Positions 37,738 to 47,136 of a DNA stretch of 64,000 nucleotides are shown here, piece after piece. A program made the translations under genes and the position numbers. The stretch lies in the sequence record LC768500.1. One strand, written 5' to 3'. The number at the start of each line of letters is the position of its first letter. Position 1 is the first letter of the stretch. The notes beneath the pieces were generated by a model that searched no databases, was not told the origin of the DNA, and saw only the letters and a list, made by a program, of their open reading frames with translations.

Positions 37738-38846
37738 CTCTGTTCTCCGGGGTTCAGCAAAGCCAGGGGGTGTCTGCGACTAACTATCAGACCAACTGGT
37801 TACGTACCGGGGATGAATTGGTTATCGCACACCGGACATCCGAGCTTTATTCTAAACCAGCTAAACTCGACGGTAAAGTAATAAAGCTTACCAAAGAAGG
37901 CTTGGTGGTCGAATACAAGGATGGAACGACGGACAGTTATCCGTTAGGCTTAACCATCGGCAGTGCGTCTGGTGAATTCCACAGACACACAAGAGTCACT
38001 GATTTAAAAGTTGGTGATAGTTTCAATGCCGGGGATATTATCGGTTGGGACGAAATGTACTTTGAAAGGGATTTGGCTAACCCTAATCAGGTGGCGTGGA
38101 AATGCGGGGTAATGGTGAGGATTGCCTTTGTTGAGAATCAGTTCACGTTTGAAGACTCCATTGAGGTTTCTAAAGACTTCGCTGAGCAGACGAAAACGCC
38201 TTATTTGAAGTTGAAAGAATTCTCTTTAGACTTCGAACAAACTCTCGTCCCTCACGTAGAAGTCGGGTCGGAAGTCGACATGGACGCGATTTTATGCTCG
38301 ATAGAGGATCCCCACGTAAGTGGTCTGGACGATTCTGATGACACTTTCTCAGGATTAGAGCGTTTAGGGGTTAAACAAATTCGGTCTAACCATCATGGCC
38401 GTGTTGTTAAAATTGAGTGTGTTTATAACGGTTCAATTGAAGACATGTCAGATAGCCTGAAAGGGTTTGTGGCTAAGTTAGATAAAGAACGTCAACAGCT
38501 CAATAAGGTCACTCATACCGGGATCGTTAACGGTAACGTTGGGGGAAACACGTATGTTAAGAAAGCCAGTGTTGAACCTAATCGGGTTACGGTTAAAATC
38601 TTTATTGAGGATCTCAATAGCTCCGAAACCGCCGATAAATTTGTGGTCGGTAACCAGATGAAAGGTACCGTGGGGAATATCGTGAACTACACAATGCGTA
38701 CACTGGATGGTCGTATTGTCAAGATTCGATTCTCATTTAAATCGATGTTCAACCGTATGGTTCTGAGCTTACGAGATAAAATGGGCATCAATGAAGTTAA
38801 CGCCAACCGCACTTCGGCAGCAGTTAAAGCTTTCAGAGGAAAATAA
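37738..38846 (+). CDS. rpoB: vRNAP beta exon 2
   Basis: ENQFTFEDSIEVS (RpoB GYNFEDS) and KFVVGNQMKGTV (GDK..GRHGNKGV); spliced product 1418 aa. Confidence 0.88.
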
Positions 38847-38847
38847 A

Positions 38848-39708
38848 ATGTCTATCGCCCTAACCAAAGCGATTAAAGATATCCAGGTATCTTTAAAAGA
38901 GGTGGGGCTTTATCCTTCTAAGATCGATGGTGTATGGGGGGATGGGAGTTCAACTGGCTTCCTTACCCTCATTAACTATTATGCGTCTAAAGAAGGTAAA
39001 GCGTCTCAAGTTAAAATCGGTCCTAAAGTCGGCAACGAAGTAGCCTTTAAAACAGTTCAGCAACAACTCCAAAACATCGGGCTTTACACCGGCGCGATCG
39101 ACGGACTTTGGGGTAACGGAACCAAAACCGCTTTGGCAACTCTGAACAGCGCCTTCCGTTTAGGTTATCAACTGCCTAAATACAGCGCATGCTGGAGTAA
39201 GAAGGTTGAACCGGCATTCGTTGCCCGTTGTAAGAAATGGGTGGACGACGAAGCTCTGGTTCCTGAATGCCTTGATTACGTCATGGCGATTATGTGTTTC
39301 GAATCAGGTGGTACCTTCCGACCGGATATTCAGAATGGTGCTGGTGCCAACTATTGGGGTTTAATCCAATTCGGTACTGCGGCCGCAACCGATCTGGGTA
39401 CTACTCTTGACAAACTCAAGAAGATGACTCAGATGGAGCAACTGGAGTATGTGTTTAAATACTTCAAGATGCGGATGAGATCGTACAAACTGAAAAGTCT
39501 GGAAGATTTCTATATGTCCGTATTTTACCCGGCCGCTATAGGTAAATCTCCTGACACCATGATCTTCGCCAATGGTTCTGTTGGCTATCGTCAGAACATC
39601 GGTCTGGACGTTGACAAAGACGGTAAGATTACCGTTGGAGAAATCAGCGTTAAAATCTATCAAACTTACTACGACGGGATGCTACCCGTTAATCGGAGAA
39701 TTGTCTAA
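38848..39708 (+). CDS. Modular endolysin (two PG-binding repeats plus lysozyme-like domain)
   Basis: Two LxxxGLY...IDGxWG repeats; MCFESGG...YWGLIQFG; ATG 38848 preferred. Confidence 0.85.
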   Translation: MSIALTKAIKDIQVSLKEVGLYPSKIDGVWGDGSSTGFLTLINYYASKEGKASQVKIGPKVGNEVAFKTVQQQLQNIGLYTGAIDGLWGNGTKTALATLNSAFRLGYQLPKYSACWSKKVEPAFVARCKKWVDDEALVPECLDYVMAIMCFESGGTFRPDIQNGAGANYWGLIQFGTAAATDLGTTLDKLKKMTQMEQLEYVFKYFKMRMRSYKLKSLEDFYMSVFYPAAIGKSPDTMIFANGSVGYRQNIGLDVDKDGKITVGEISVKIYQTYYDGMLPVNRRIV

Positions 39709-39869
39709 TGGACGATACCATTAAAGAAGCGGTCGCTATCGCCAATTTGTTTGAATTGGTTAAAGCAACGACCGGGAAAGTCGGACTTGAATATATGGCC
39801 CCCATTGATGATTCTCGTGCCGACGAAATTATCAGCGGTGCTATCAACGCGGCAGTAAAAGGACAATAA
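39708..39869 (+). CDS. Small hypothetical protein, 53 aa (not in track)
   Basis: TAATG overlap with the endolysin stop; MDDTIKEAVAIANL...AAVKGQ*; fills the gap to the next gene. Confidence 0.65.
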   Translation: MDDTIKEAVAIANLFELVKATTGKVGLEYMAPIDDSRADEIISGAINAAVKGQ

Positions 39870-39871
39870 CA

Positions 39872-41371
39872 ATGATCAAGCAATCTTCCGTTTTCATTGC
39901 GTTGCCTATCGCAGAAAGTTTGGTTGGTGTTAACAAAACCTTTGCTGATAAAAGCCATCCGCTCATCAAAGGCCTGAGCGATTGCAGCTATGGGTTGGTT
40001 CCCTATACCCTCGATAACCTTCCTTTGACTTTACCGGAAGTTACTCACGAGGAAATGGAACACGGTTTGCTGCTGGATGAAGCCAGTACAACACTCGCTG
40101 AATCTGTTCGTAAGAGTTTCCAGCAAATCAGCCATTACCTCAAACCTTTCGCGAAAAATCTCATCGAAGAAATTTACAAGGCGACGGATATTGATGAAGA
40201 CGCTACACGTCAGATTTTCGACCGTCTTCAGATTGAATACCGTAAGCTCGATTACAGCTTCTTCGATAGCCCGTTTTACCCGAAAGAGATTGACGGCTCT
40301 ATCGACTACAGCAAGATCCCTCTGAAAGATCTGATGTTGCCGGATAACGCAGTTGATAAAGACTTCGGCGGGTTCGCCGATTATATCCAGGCGCCTAACG
40401 CAGAGATCAAAGAGATCTTTGAAGCTTATCAGCCGGGTTGGGCGTTCGATAAATTTATTGGGAACAACAACTGGGCTGACGTCTTCAATATTTTCAACGG
40501 TAATGTTGATCTGACAACGGCCGGTTACAAAGACCCGGCGCCTCTGTTCAGTCTGTACGTGCTGTTTACGAAAATGAAAGCGGATGAAAATCCGGCTCCA
40601 TTCGTAAAAAATATCGAACTCCATCAGTATCGTGGTTACGTCAACCGGATGCATAACTTCCTGACCGTAGCGCTTGTTTTTTGTTCTCGCTACTATCGGG
40701 GTTTGAAACTCACTCCAATGCCTGTTTTATCTTTGGTAGGTAAAATGGAAATGGATCGTGGGATTAACCTCCTGCGCGGTAAAATCGTCGTAGGTCTTAC
40801 CAAAAAAGGTCTTGATCTTTACGCAGCGGCGGCACCTGAAGGTTCTGTGAGTGAAGCTCTGGCCGGTAAAGCCGTAGCCATGATCGCAACCAAGTCCGAT
40901 AAAGCTGGTTTGAACATCGTTGCAGGCGCAGAGTACTTCCAGGAAGTATTCCGCAATTACCTGGCTGGCGTAACGGGATCTCTGAATGCTAAGATCACTG
41001 AATCCTGTCGGGGCGCAGTTGAGAATGCGCTGATCAAGTTCCAAAACGAACACGCGGAACTCAAAGATACCGTGATGGGTCTCAATGACAAAATTGAATT
41101 CCGTCGTCTGAGCCACGCTCTGCAGTCTGACGTGGATGCGTTCGTTGGTGGTTATAAATCGCAAGTTGTCGCTAACGGTGTTCCGTTGTCTAAATACGTC
41201 ATGGGATCTGATCTCGTCGCCTCTCTGGGTAACCTGATGGGTATGACGTTCGCGGCGGATGTACTGCGCACCAGTTCTCGCTTGATCGGTTCAGGTGAGA
41301 TCACCGATGTTCAGAAACGCGAAGCGCTGACCGAAGCGGTTGTAAAATCTTTAGTTAAACATCTTGTCTAA
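39872..41371 (+). CDS. Virion head-associated protein (phiKZ gp177-like position)
   Basis: 499 aa, strong codon bias; two genes upstream of the prohead protease. Confidence 0.6.
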   Translation: MIKQSSVFIALPIAESLVGVNKTFADKSHPLIKGLSDCSYGLVPYTLDNLPLTLPEVTHEEMEHGLLLDEASTTLAESVRKSFQQISHYLKPFAKNLIEEIYKATDIDEDATRQIFDRLQIEYRKLDYSFFDSPFYPKEIDGSIDYSKIPLKDLMLPDNAVDKDFGGFADYIQAPNAEIKEIFEAYQPGWAFDKFIGNNNWADVFNIFNGNVDLTTAGYKDPAPLFSLYVLFTKMKADENPAPFVKNIELHQYRGYVNRMHNFLTVALVFCSRYYRGLKLTPMPVLSLVGKMEMDRGINLLRGKIVVGLTKKGLDLYAAAAPEGSVSEALAGKAVAMIATKSDKAGLNIVAGAEYFQEVFRNYLAGVTGSLNAKITESCRGAVENALIKFQNEHAELKDTVMGLNDKIEFRRLSHALQSDVDAFVGGYKSQVVANGVPLSKYVMGSDLVASLGNLMGMTFAADVLRTSSRLIGSGEITDVQKREALTEAVVKSLVKHLV

Positions 41372-41386
41372 TCGGGAATTTAATCC

Positions 41387-42112
41387 ATGAACTATTCGGC
41401 TCTAACGAGAAATAAGGATCGGGTCTTTAAAGCATTAAAAGAGTTAGAGGACCATTCGGTTATCGCTCTGGAGCCGTTAGAGGTTCATATCCCCAAACGC
41501 TTTATCGAGCGATCACTAGCCGATATCGGTGATAAGGTTGAAACGATCGGTGTTCTGGGGATCGTCATTCCCGATGTCGCTTATTGCTGCATGTATCGCG
41601 TGGCTACTGTAACACTGTCACCAAGTAACATCAGGGAAATCACAATAGACGGCGTAAGATATGTTGTATTGGATTTCGAGAAGGGCGATACAGTCTTTAA
41701 CAACATCGAGGTCGTTAAAGACGAACATCTCAACTATTCTTATTACATGGAGTTCGGGTATTTCGCAAGGGTTCCTTGGTACGTCGATGTAACGATGGCA
41801 CCTAAGCTTTTCGATTACGCCGGGCTGATCACCGGTAAGAAAGTAGGGACCAGTCCTCAGGTATTCAGGGTGCTTTACGGATTATCATATCGAGATCCCG
41901 ATAACTACGAGATCGCTTATCGTTACGGTCCAGGAATTAAGGCCGGGAAGAAACCTCACCTGGTGGGGCTCAACAACGGCAGCATGTTGATAGATGGAAC
42001 GTTCAACCGCCTCATGGGCGGATATCTGGCCGACAACACCATTGCGGCTATTCTTAATCCTGATACCAAAGTCACTGATTCAGAAAAAGTGATGAAGGGA
42101 TCGCCAGAATAA
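41387..42112 (+). CDS. vRNAP-associated virion protein (phiKZ gp176-like position)
   Basis: Directly upstream of the protease; LARLMGGY-like FNRLMGGY motif near the C-terminus. Confidence 0.6.
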   Translation: MNYSALTRNKDRVFKALKELEDHSVIALEPLEVHIPKRFIERSLADIGDKVETIGVLGIVIPDVAYCCMYRVATVTLSPSNIREITIDGVRYVVLDFEKGDTVFNNIEVVKDEHLNYSYYMEFGYFARVPWYVDVTMAPKLFDYAGLITGKKVGTSPQVFRVLYGLSYRDPDNYEIAYRYGPGIKAGKKPHLVGLNNGSMLIDGTFNRLMGGYLADNTIAAILNPDTKVTDSEKVMKGSPE

Positions 42113-42126
42113 AATAAGGGTAAACC

Positions 42127-42990
42127 GTGAGTCAGTTTTCTTTCGGCAACATTATTCTTGCCAGCAACGGTAAGAAAGGACTACTAAAGCCGATCGATGA
42201 TTCTGGTTACTATCTGCTTAACGCGGGGGGATTTAACGTCCCTAACCGTAACGGGATTAAATATACTGCCAATCAGTATATTCAAGAGTGTATGTCCGAG
42301 GACTCCGATCTCATGCGTCGTATTAAACGCGGTGAGGTTTATGGGGAATGCGGACATCCTCCTATGTTCTTTTACGAACGCGTCAACGGTGTGATAGTAA
42401 GAACCAAGATCACCGATCTGTATCAATGGATCATGCGTCTTAAAACTATCGACATGGACAGGGCGGCTTTCCACATTCGCAATATCCATTTTGATACTGA
42501 TGCATGGACCCCTAACAACAACGGTCCAATCTATAACAGTATCGAAGTTAAACCTTACCTTTCAACGGTGTTTGGTAAGATGTTTGAAGAGAACCTGTTA
42601 ACGCCTGATATGAATACCTCTGTCTCTATCAGGACGGTCACCGCTCCTCAGCAATTCGGTCATAAGTCTCGTGAGGTCGAATACTTCACTGGCTACGATT
42701 GGGTTTATGAGGCGGGTATGGATTGGGCTAACAAACACATGACTGCCGGATGCGAAGCCTTCCTGCAAGAAATGGTGTTTGATGAAAAACAATCCATGAC
42801 GCTGGATACCGATACAGCTATTCAGTTGATCGAAGCAGGGCTGGAGAAGGTAGACAATATTCGTAGCGTTGAGGGCGTCGAAGCCTTTGAATCTATCAAA
42901 GGACTGCTCGGGTCTCTTAAACGTCACAACGAAGATCGTAAACAGAAACACACCATTTCCTACGCTTCTAACTGTCTGGATTTATTCTGA
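42127..42990 (+). CDS. Prohead protease (phiKZ gp175 / T4 gp21 family)
   Basis: YGECGHP (His) and SVSIRT (Ser) motifs; NRNGIKY. Confidence 0.85.
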   Translation: MSQFSFGNIILASNGKKGLLKPIDDSGYYLLNAGGFNVPNRNGIKYTANQYIQECMSEDSDLMRRIKRGEVYGECGHPPMFFYERVNGVIVRTKITDLYQWIMRLKTIDMDRAAFHIRNIHFDTDAWTPNNNGPIYNSIEVKPYLSTVFGKMFEENLLTPDMNTSVSIRTVTAPQQFGHKSREVEYFTGYDWVYEAGMDWANKHMTAGCEAFLQEMVFDEKQSMTLDTDTAIQLIEAGLEKVDNIRSVEGVEAFESIKGLLGSLKRHNEDRKQKHTISYASNCLDLF

Positions 42991-42991
42991 T

Positions 42992-43023
42992 AATAACTGG
43001 AGGGGGAAACCCCTCCAGTTATT
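42992..43023 (+). terminator. 14-bp hairpin terminator
   Basis: AATAACTGGAGGGG-gaaa-CCCCTCCAGTTATT plus T-tract. Confidence 0.85.
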
Positions 43024-43076
43024 TTTTACTCACATCCTATTTTTATGTCGACATAACACAATAAGCGAGTTTAACC

Positions 43077-43727
43077 ATGTTTAAGAAAGATCTCTCACTC
43101 ACTCAACTTAACGATCTGGCAGCAATCAATTTTCTGGTAACCGCTCCTCTGGAAGTTAAATTGATCAGCAACCTTTACGGTGAGATGGAACGTATTTGGG
43201 GTCAGATGCGCGATCAATATGGCGAACATCTCATCGAACGCAATCTCGGGGGCGGGGTTAAATCTGACGGCGTAAGAGATTATGCCGAGAAACTCACCGT
43301 TCTCGTTTTTAACTCCATCGGATCATTCCAGCGTGGCCTGTCAAAGAAAACCATCGGTGATAAAAATGATGAAGCGACGACGCTCATTCGTCGTGTACCC
43401 GCATACACCGATCTGTCGAACGAAAAACTTTTCAAGATCTTCATGATCAATCTATTCGGTTACGACGAAGATCTTATCGCAATCTCTTTTGCGACTAACG
43501 ATAAAGATCGTAGCAAACTGCTCTTCCGATACATCCTCAATCGTTTTGACGTCGTTCGTAACAATCCTGAGTCCGAAGAACTTATGGAAGGTTTCTATCC
43601 TGATAACTTCTTCGAGATCGTTGCCGAAAGACCAAGCGACGTTTATCAGGAATGTTTCGCGTACATCGTGGAACAGGGTTATCCGGTCATGAAAGCGCTG
43701 CAGTACTACGCGTCCTCATTACGCTAA
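43077..43727 (+). CDS. Hypothetical protein
   Basis: 216-aa ORF with phage-like codon usage. Confidence 0.7.
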   Translation: MFKKDLSLTQLNDLAAINFLVTAPLEVKLISNLYGEMERIWGQMRDQYGEHLIERNLGGGVKSDGVRDYAEKLTVLVFNSIGSFQRGLSKKTIGDKNDEATTLIRRVPAYTDLSNEKLFKIFMINLFGYDEDLIAISFATNDKDRSKLLFRYILNRFDVVRNNPESEELMEGFYPDNFFEIVAERPSDVYQECFAYIVEQGYPVMKALQYYASSLR

Positions 43728-43750
43728 AAGTTTTAAGACCTATATAACTA

Positions 43751-43817
43751 AGGTGAGGCAAACACAGACAAAACAGTCTGGGTGATGTTGTAACATCATC
43801 TTTTTGTTTCCTCATCT
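43751..43817 (+). ncRNA. Candidate structured leader / small RNA (three-way junction)
   Basis: 13-bp outer stem enclosing 5-bp and 8-bp hairpins, just after the promoter-like CTATATAAC (43740-43748). Confidence 0.4.
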
Positions 43818-43857
43818 TTCTTATTTTAACATCCAATTTATTATCGAGGACCGAAGA

Positions 43858-44301
43858 GTGAGCAAACTTAACAAAACTTATGCTGAATCCCAAACTGCCG
43901 CTATCGCCAATCTGACCGAACACGCGAGCTACGACAAAGCAACGGCGCACACTACCTTTTCAGCAGAAAAGTTTTCTTTGCCTGAAGGGGTAACCCCTGA
44001 AAGTATTAAGACGCACAAAGATCTCTTCATTGACATCACCGGTGCGATCGAAGAAGCTACCGCGCAACAAACGCTGGCTGCTCATAAGGCCGATGAAAAA
44101 ATTCTCACCACCACGGGTTCTCTGGAACTGGGCGGGGTCGTCTTTACCTCTCAACACCACCTGAAACAAAAAGTAGGGGAGCACGAACTGTTCGGCGGGA
44201 GTGTAACCAGCGTCGATTACATCTATTCTCCTGAAGCGACCGAATGGGCGGCAAGCATGCGCGCCAATAACGCGAGTATCGCCGAAGATCTTTTTAAATA
44301 A
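43858..44301 (+). CDS. Hypothetical protein
   Basis: GAGGA RBS then GTG 43858 (track start 43804 lies in the leader). Confidence 0.7.
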   Translation: MSKLNKTYAESQTAAIANLTEHASYDKATAHTTFSAEKFSLPEGVTPESIKTHKDLFIDITGAIEEATAQQTLAAHKADEKILTTTGSLELGGVVFTSQHHLKQKVGEHELFGGSVTSVDYIYSPEATEWAASMRANNASIAEDLFK

Positions 44302-44308
44302 GGCATTC

Positions 44309-44335
44309 TTACTCCTGCCCTAAGGGCAGGAGTAA
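44309..44335 (+). terminator. Hairpin terminator, CTCCT family
   Basis: TTACTCCTGCCC-taa-GGGCAGGAGTAA. Confidence 0.75.
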
Positions 44336-44371
44336 ATAAGGCGTTTTATTTTTTTAGGGGAAGAAAGTAGA

Positions 44372-44650
44372 ATGGCTTCTAAGTCAACCACAAGAATCTA
44401 CGAACTTGCTGATGGTGGGATTCGGATTGGGTTTGTGAGAAATGAAGGATCGATCAAGGTTAAGGTAGAACAGTTTGACCGAGAGCGCAAACTCATGAAT
44501 CTGTATGGCGCAACCATCCATATTTTAGAAAAAGCGGGCGCCATCACTGAACTAAGAAAAGTATTAGGTAAACAATTTCCGCGTTGGGGATTCGACATGA
44601 ATCCCGAAGCAAAGGAAGACATCGTGCTTACTTTTATCAAATTGTTCTAG
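44372..44650 (+). CDS. Hypothetical protein
   Basis: 92-aa ORF after purine-rich RBS. Confidence 0.6.
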   Translation: MASKSTTRIYELADGGIRIGFVRNEGSIKVKVEQFDRERKLMNLYGATIHILEKAGAITELRKVLGKQFPRWGFDMNPEAKEDIVLTFIKLF

Positions 44651-44769
44651 TATTTTATGGTAGGGGTGCTTTGGGCACTCCTACTGGACTCATCATGCAT
44701 TTTAATTCAACACACAAAAAGAATGAGACCTGTACTATTAAAGTAAGAACAATGATAGGAGTTGCTTTC

Positions 44770-45453
44770 ATGGATTCAATAAGCTGGTACGGAAAATTTA
44801 AAGCAGTAACCGAGGATTTGATTCCGGTTGATCTTTTACGGTACTGCTTATGGTCGATCACCTTTAATGACAAAGCGCATGATTTGAATCACGTTTATCA
44901 TGTTTGTAAACAAGGGAACGATCTTGCATTATTACAAGATTACGATGACCACTGGCGAAGCCTAGTATTGGCCGGTTGCCTGCTTCACGACATTGGGTGT
45001 CGTTACGATCGTAAAACCCATCATCTCATAGCGTATGGGTTGGTCTTCGATTTAACCCATCGTTATTGCACCGGACACTATTCGCCAGAAGAGACATTGA
45101 TCATTGCGAAAAGTTGTCTGGAGCACAGAGCAAGCTGGGAGGGTGATTTCAGTCATCCTATTTCAGAGACCGTCGCTCTGGCCGACAGAGGTATTCCTGA
45201 TTTCGAGTTATACTGCAAACGAGCCGTTCAGTTCAGGTTAGATCAAAACCTGACTGAAGATGTTTTGGTAGAAGAAGTTCGCGTTCACATGTTAGACAAG
45301 TTCCTACCTAAGACGGGTTACGTCTGGAAAAACTATCCTGAATTAGGATTGTCTTTATATGAACAAGAATGGAAAGTGTTCCACGATAAACTTAAAGATG
45401 AAGCTGTCTTTAGAGAGGCTGTACTAGAAGCGTACCGTAAATTAAAATCTTAA
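44770..45453 (+). CDS. HD-domain phosphohydrolase
   Basis: HDLNH...LLHDIG...HH...EHR...ALAD metal-binding pattern; AGGAG RBS before ATG 44770. Confidence 0.8.
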   Translation: MDSISWYGKFKAVTEDLIPVDLLRYCLWSITFNDKAHDLNHVYHVCKQGNDLALLQDYDDHWRSLVLAGCLLHDIGCRYDRKTHHLIAYGLVFDLTHRYCTGHYSPEETLIIAKSCLEHRASWEGDFSHPISETVALADRGIPDFELYCKRAVQFRLDQNLTEDVLVEEVRVHMLDKFLPKTGYVWKNYPELGLSLYEQEWKVFHDKLKDEAVFREAVLEAYRKLKS

Positions 45454-45457
45454 TCTA

Positions 45458-45492
45458 TATTGTTAACGTCCTCATAAGGGACGTTAACAATA
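45458..45492. terminator. 14-bp hairpin without U-tract
   Basis: TATTGTTAACGTCC-tcataag-GGACGTTAACAATA; overlaps promoter-like CTATATT. Confidence 0.5.
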
Positions 45493-45510
45493 ACCTACGA
45501 GGAAATCACT

Positions 45511-46005
45511 ATGATTATTTTACTTGCTGTTTTTGCTATTATCCTTTGTATTGGTTTTTGTTATAAAAAGATCAATATCAAAAACGACATCGGAATCAAG
45601 GTTAACAACGCCACAAAGATGGTCATCAATATTAACCTTGGTAAAATTAAAGGCGAATTCAAGATCGTTAAACACAGTCGCTGTTTCAAACCCAGAGTCT
45701 CTCCTGGTCTAAATGGATTGGTTTATACCGTCCCTGTGTTTTGTACGTTATCTGAATTCATCACCGGCTTATATTCTGAAGAAATAAGACCTTACGACAA
45801 ACAAAAAGATAAACACCTCTTAGACGTCGTCAGAGCCATCGTAGGGGCCGAATTAAAGGACGATGGTATGATTGCCTTATTCGACGACACGACCCTTTGT
45901 GAGACCGTAGAGAGAGCCAGAGAGTCATTTGTGATGAATAAGGATTATTTCTTCTCTGAGAAGGGGTGGAACCGAGGCAATGTTATTGCACCTATCAACC
46001 TTTAA
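45511..46005 (+). CDS. Membrane-anchored hypothetical protein
   Basis: GAGGA RBS; N-terminal hydrophobic helix. Confidence 0.65.
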   Translation: MIILLAVFAIILCIGFCYKKINIKNDIGIKVNNATKMVININLGKIKGEFKIVKHSRCFKPRVSPGLNGLVYTVPVFCTLSEFITGLYSEEIRPYDKQKDKHLLDVVRAIVGAELKDDGMIALFDDTTLCETVERARESFVMNKDYFFSEKGWNRGNVIAPINL

Positions 46006-46019
46006 TTAAGGATTTTAAA

Positions 46020-46160
46020 ATGTCTGACATGTTTGACGTGGATCAACTCAACAACCTGAACCTGGAAGCGGTTGAAGAGAAAGTCGAATCTCTTCGTGAT
46101 GGTGGCGGTGAAGTTGTCGAGGCTTCCGATGAATGTGAAGGCGGCGCCTGCAAAATTTAA
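46020..46160 (+). CDS. 46-aa acidic peptide ending in RNR-like redox tail CEGGACKI
   Basis: TAAGGA RBS, ATG 46020, own terminator downstream. Confidence 0.75.
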   Translation: MSDMFDVDQLNNLNLEAVEEKVESLRDGGGEVVEASDECEGGACKI

Positions 46161-46169
46161 AACGTGTAA

Positions 46170-46203
46170 TAACTCCTACTCCCCATGCGGGGAGTAGGAG
46201 TTA
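46170..46203. terminator. Bidirectional terminator, CTCCTAC family
   Basis: TAACTCCTACTCCCC-atgc-GGGGAGTAGGAGTTA; arms nearly identical to 4664-4702. Confidence 0.85.
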
Positions 46204-46224
46204 GCAGTACTTATTTTTTTTTTC

Positions 46225-47121
46225 TTACAGCATGTATTCAGGAGCGGTAACTTTAGCCGCTTCACGAGTCATCGCAGCAAGAGTACCAGAATCGGTAAGA
46301 CTCTGGAGAATCGCCGTAGGCTGTAGGAATCCGGATTCGGCACCGCGACCAGCTGGGTTATACATCGGGAGTTTGCTCAGGAAAGAACGAGCAATCTCTT
46401 TAGCGGCCTGGGTATCGAAATCGATCAGACCGGTGTATTCCATGTTGATGTCACGCATCTGACCGGCTTCGTCTTTGTTACGACGCATCTGGATTTCAAC
46501 GGTGTTACGCGGCATGATACCTACTGCAAGAGCAGCATGGGCAACATCACGCATATTACGCGTCGGTTCCAGATAAATGTTCGCACAAGAGATTTGGTCG
46601 ATCAGGAGATCGCCTGGATCGTCGAGGATAACCGCACGAGGATGGCCCAGATCCGGATCGTTCAAACCATACAGAGACCAGGAACGATGGAGGTTAGTAT
46701 AAACCTCACCTTCGATATCCACGCCAGCATGGTTGATAACACCGAGGGTACGAGTACCGCCCGACGGCACTGAGAATACACGGCCAGAGAAACGCTGTTC
46801 TGCGAATTCGGTCTCAATACGTTCAGAGAGACCGGTGATTTCACGACTACGCGTTTCAAACCAGGATTTCGCCAGTGAGTGGAGGATGTTACCTGCCGGC
46901 ATACGGCTAAACAACGCAGGGGTACTGATACAGAAGCACCAGGTCTGCTGCTGAATATGCGGATGCTCGGAGACCATGTTGGCGATATTGGGAGCCCAGC
47001 CATACTGGCCCCCTTGAGGGCCATTCAGAACATGACGGTCGCCCACGCCGAACGCAGAGTACCATTCAGAACTCCCAGGTACCAGCGTGCTTGTGTTCCT
47101 AAACGGAGTGTTGCTTGACAT
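46225..47121 (-). CDS. Tail tube protein (phiKZ gp30-like)
   Basis: Directly downstream of the sheath; 298 aa with strong high-expression codon bias. Confidence 0.75.
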   Translation of the reverse strand: MSSNTPFRNTSTLVPGSSEWYSAFGVGDRHVLNGPQGGQYGWAPNIANMVSEHPHIQQQTWCFCISTPALFSRMPAGNILHSLAKSWFETRSREITGLSERIETEFAEQRFSGRVFSVPSGGTRTLGVINHAGVDIEGEVYTNLHRSWSLYGLNDPDLGHPRAVILDDPGDLLIDQISCANIYLEPTRNMRDVAHAALAVGIMPRNTVEIQMRRNKDEAGQMRDINMEYTGLIDFDTQAAKEIARSFLSKLPMYNPAGRGAESGFLQPTAILQSLTDSGTLAAMTREAAKVTAPEYML

Positions 47122-47136
47122 TTAGAGTCACCTTAC

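Noticed and set aside
39708-39869. Holin candidate after the endolysin
   Set aside because: No transmembrane-length hydrophobic segment.
43043-43056. 14-bp palindrome TTATGTCGACATAA with TATG on both strands
   Set aside because: A single short instance; could be a late promoter or chance, and too weak to call.
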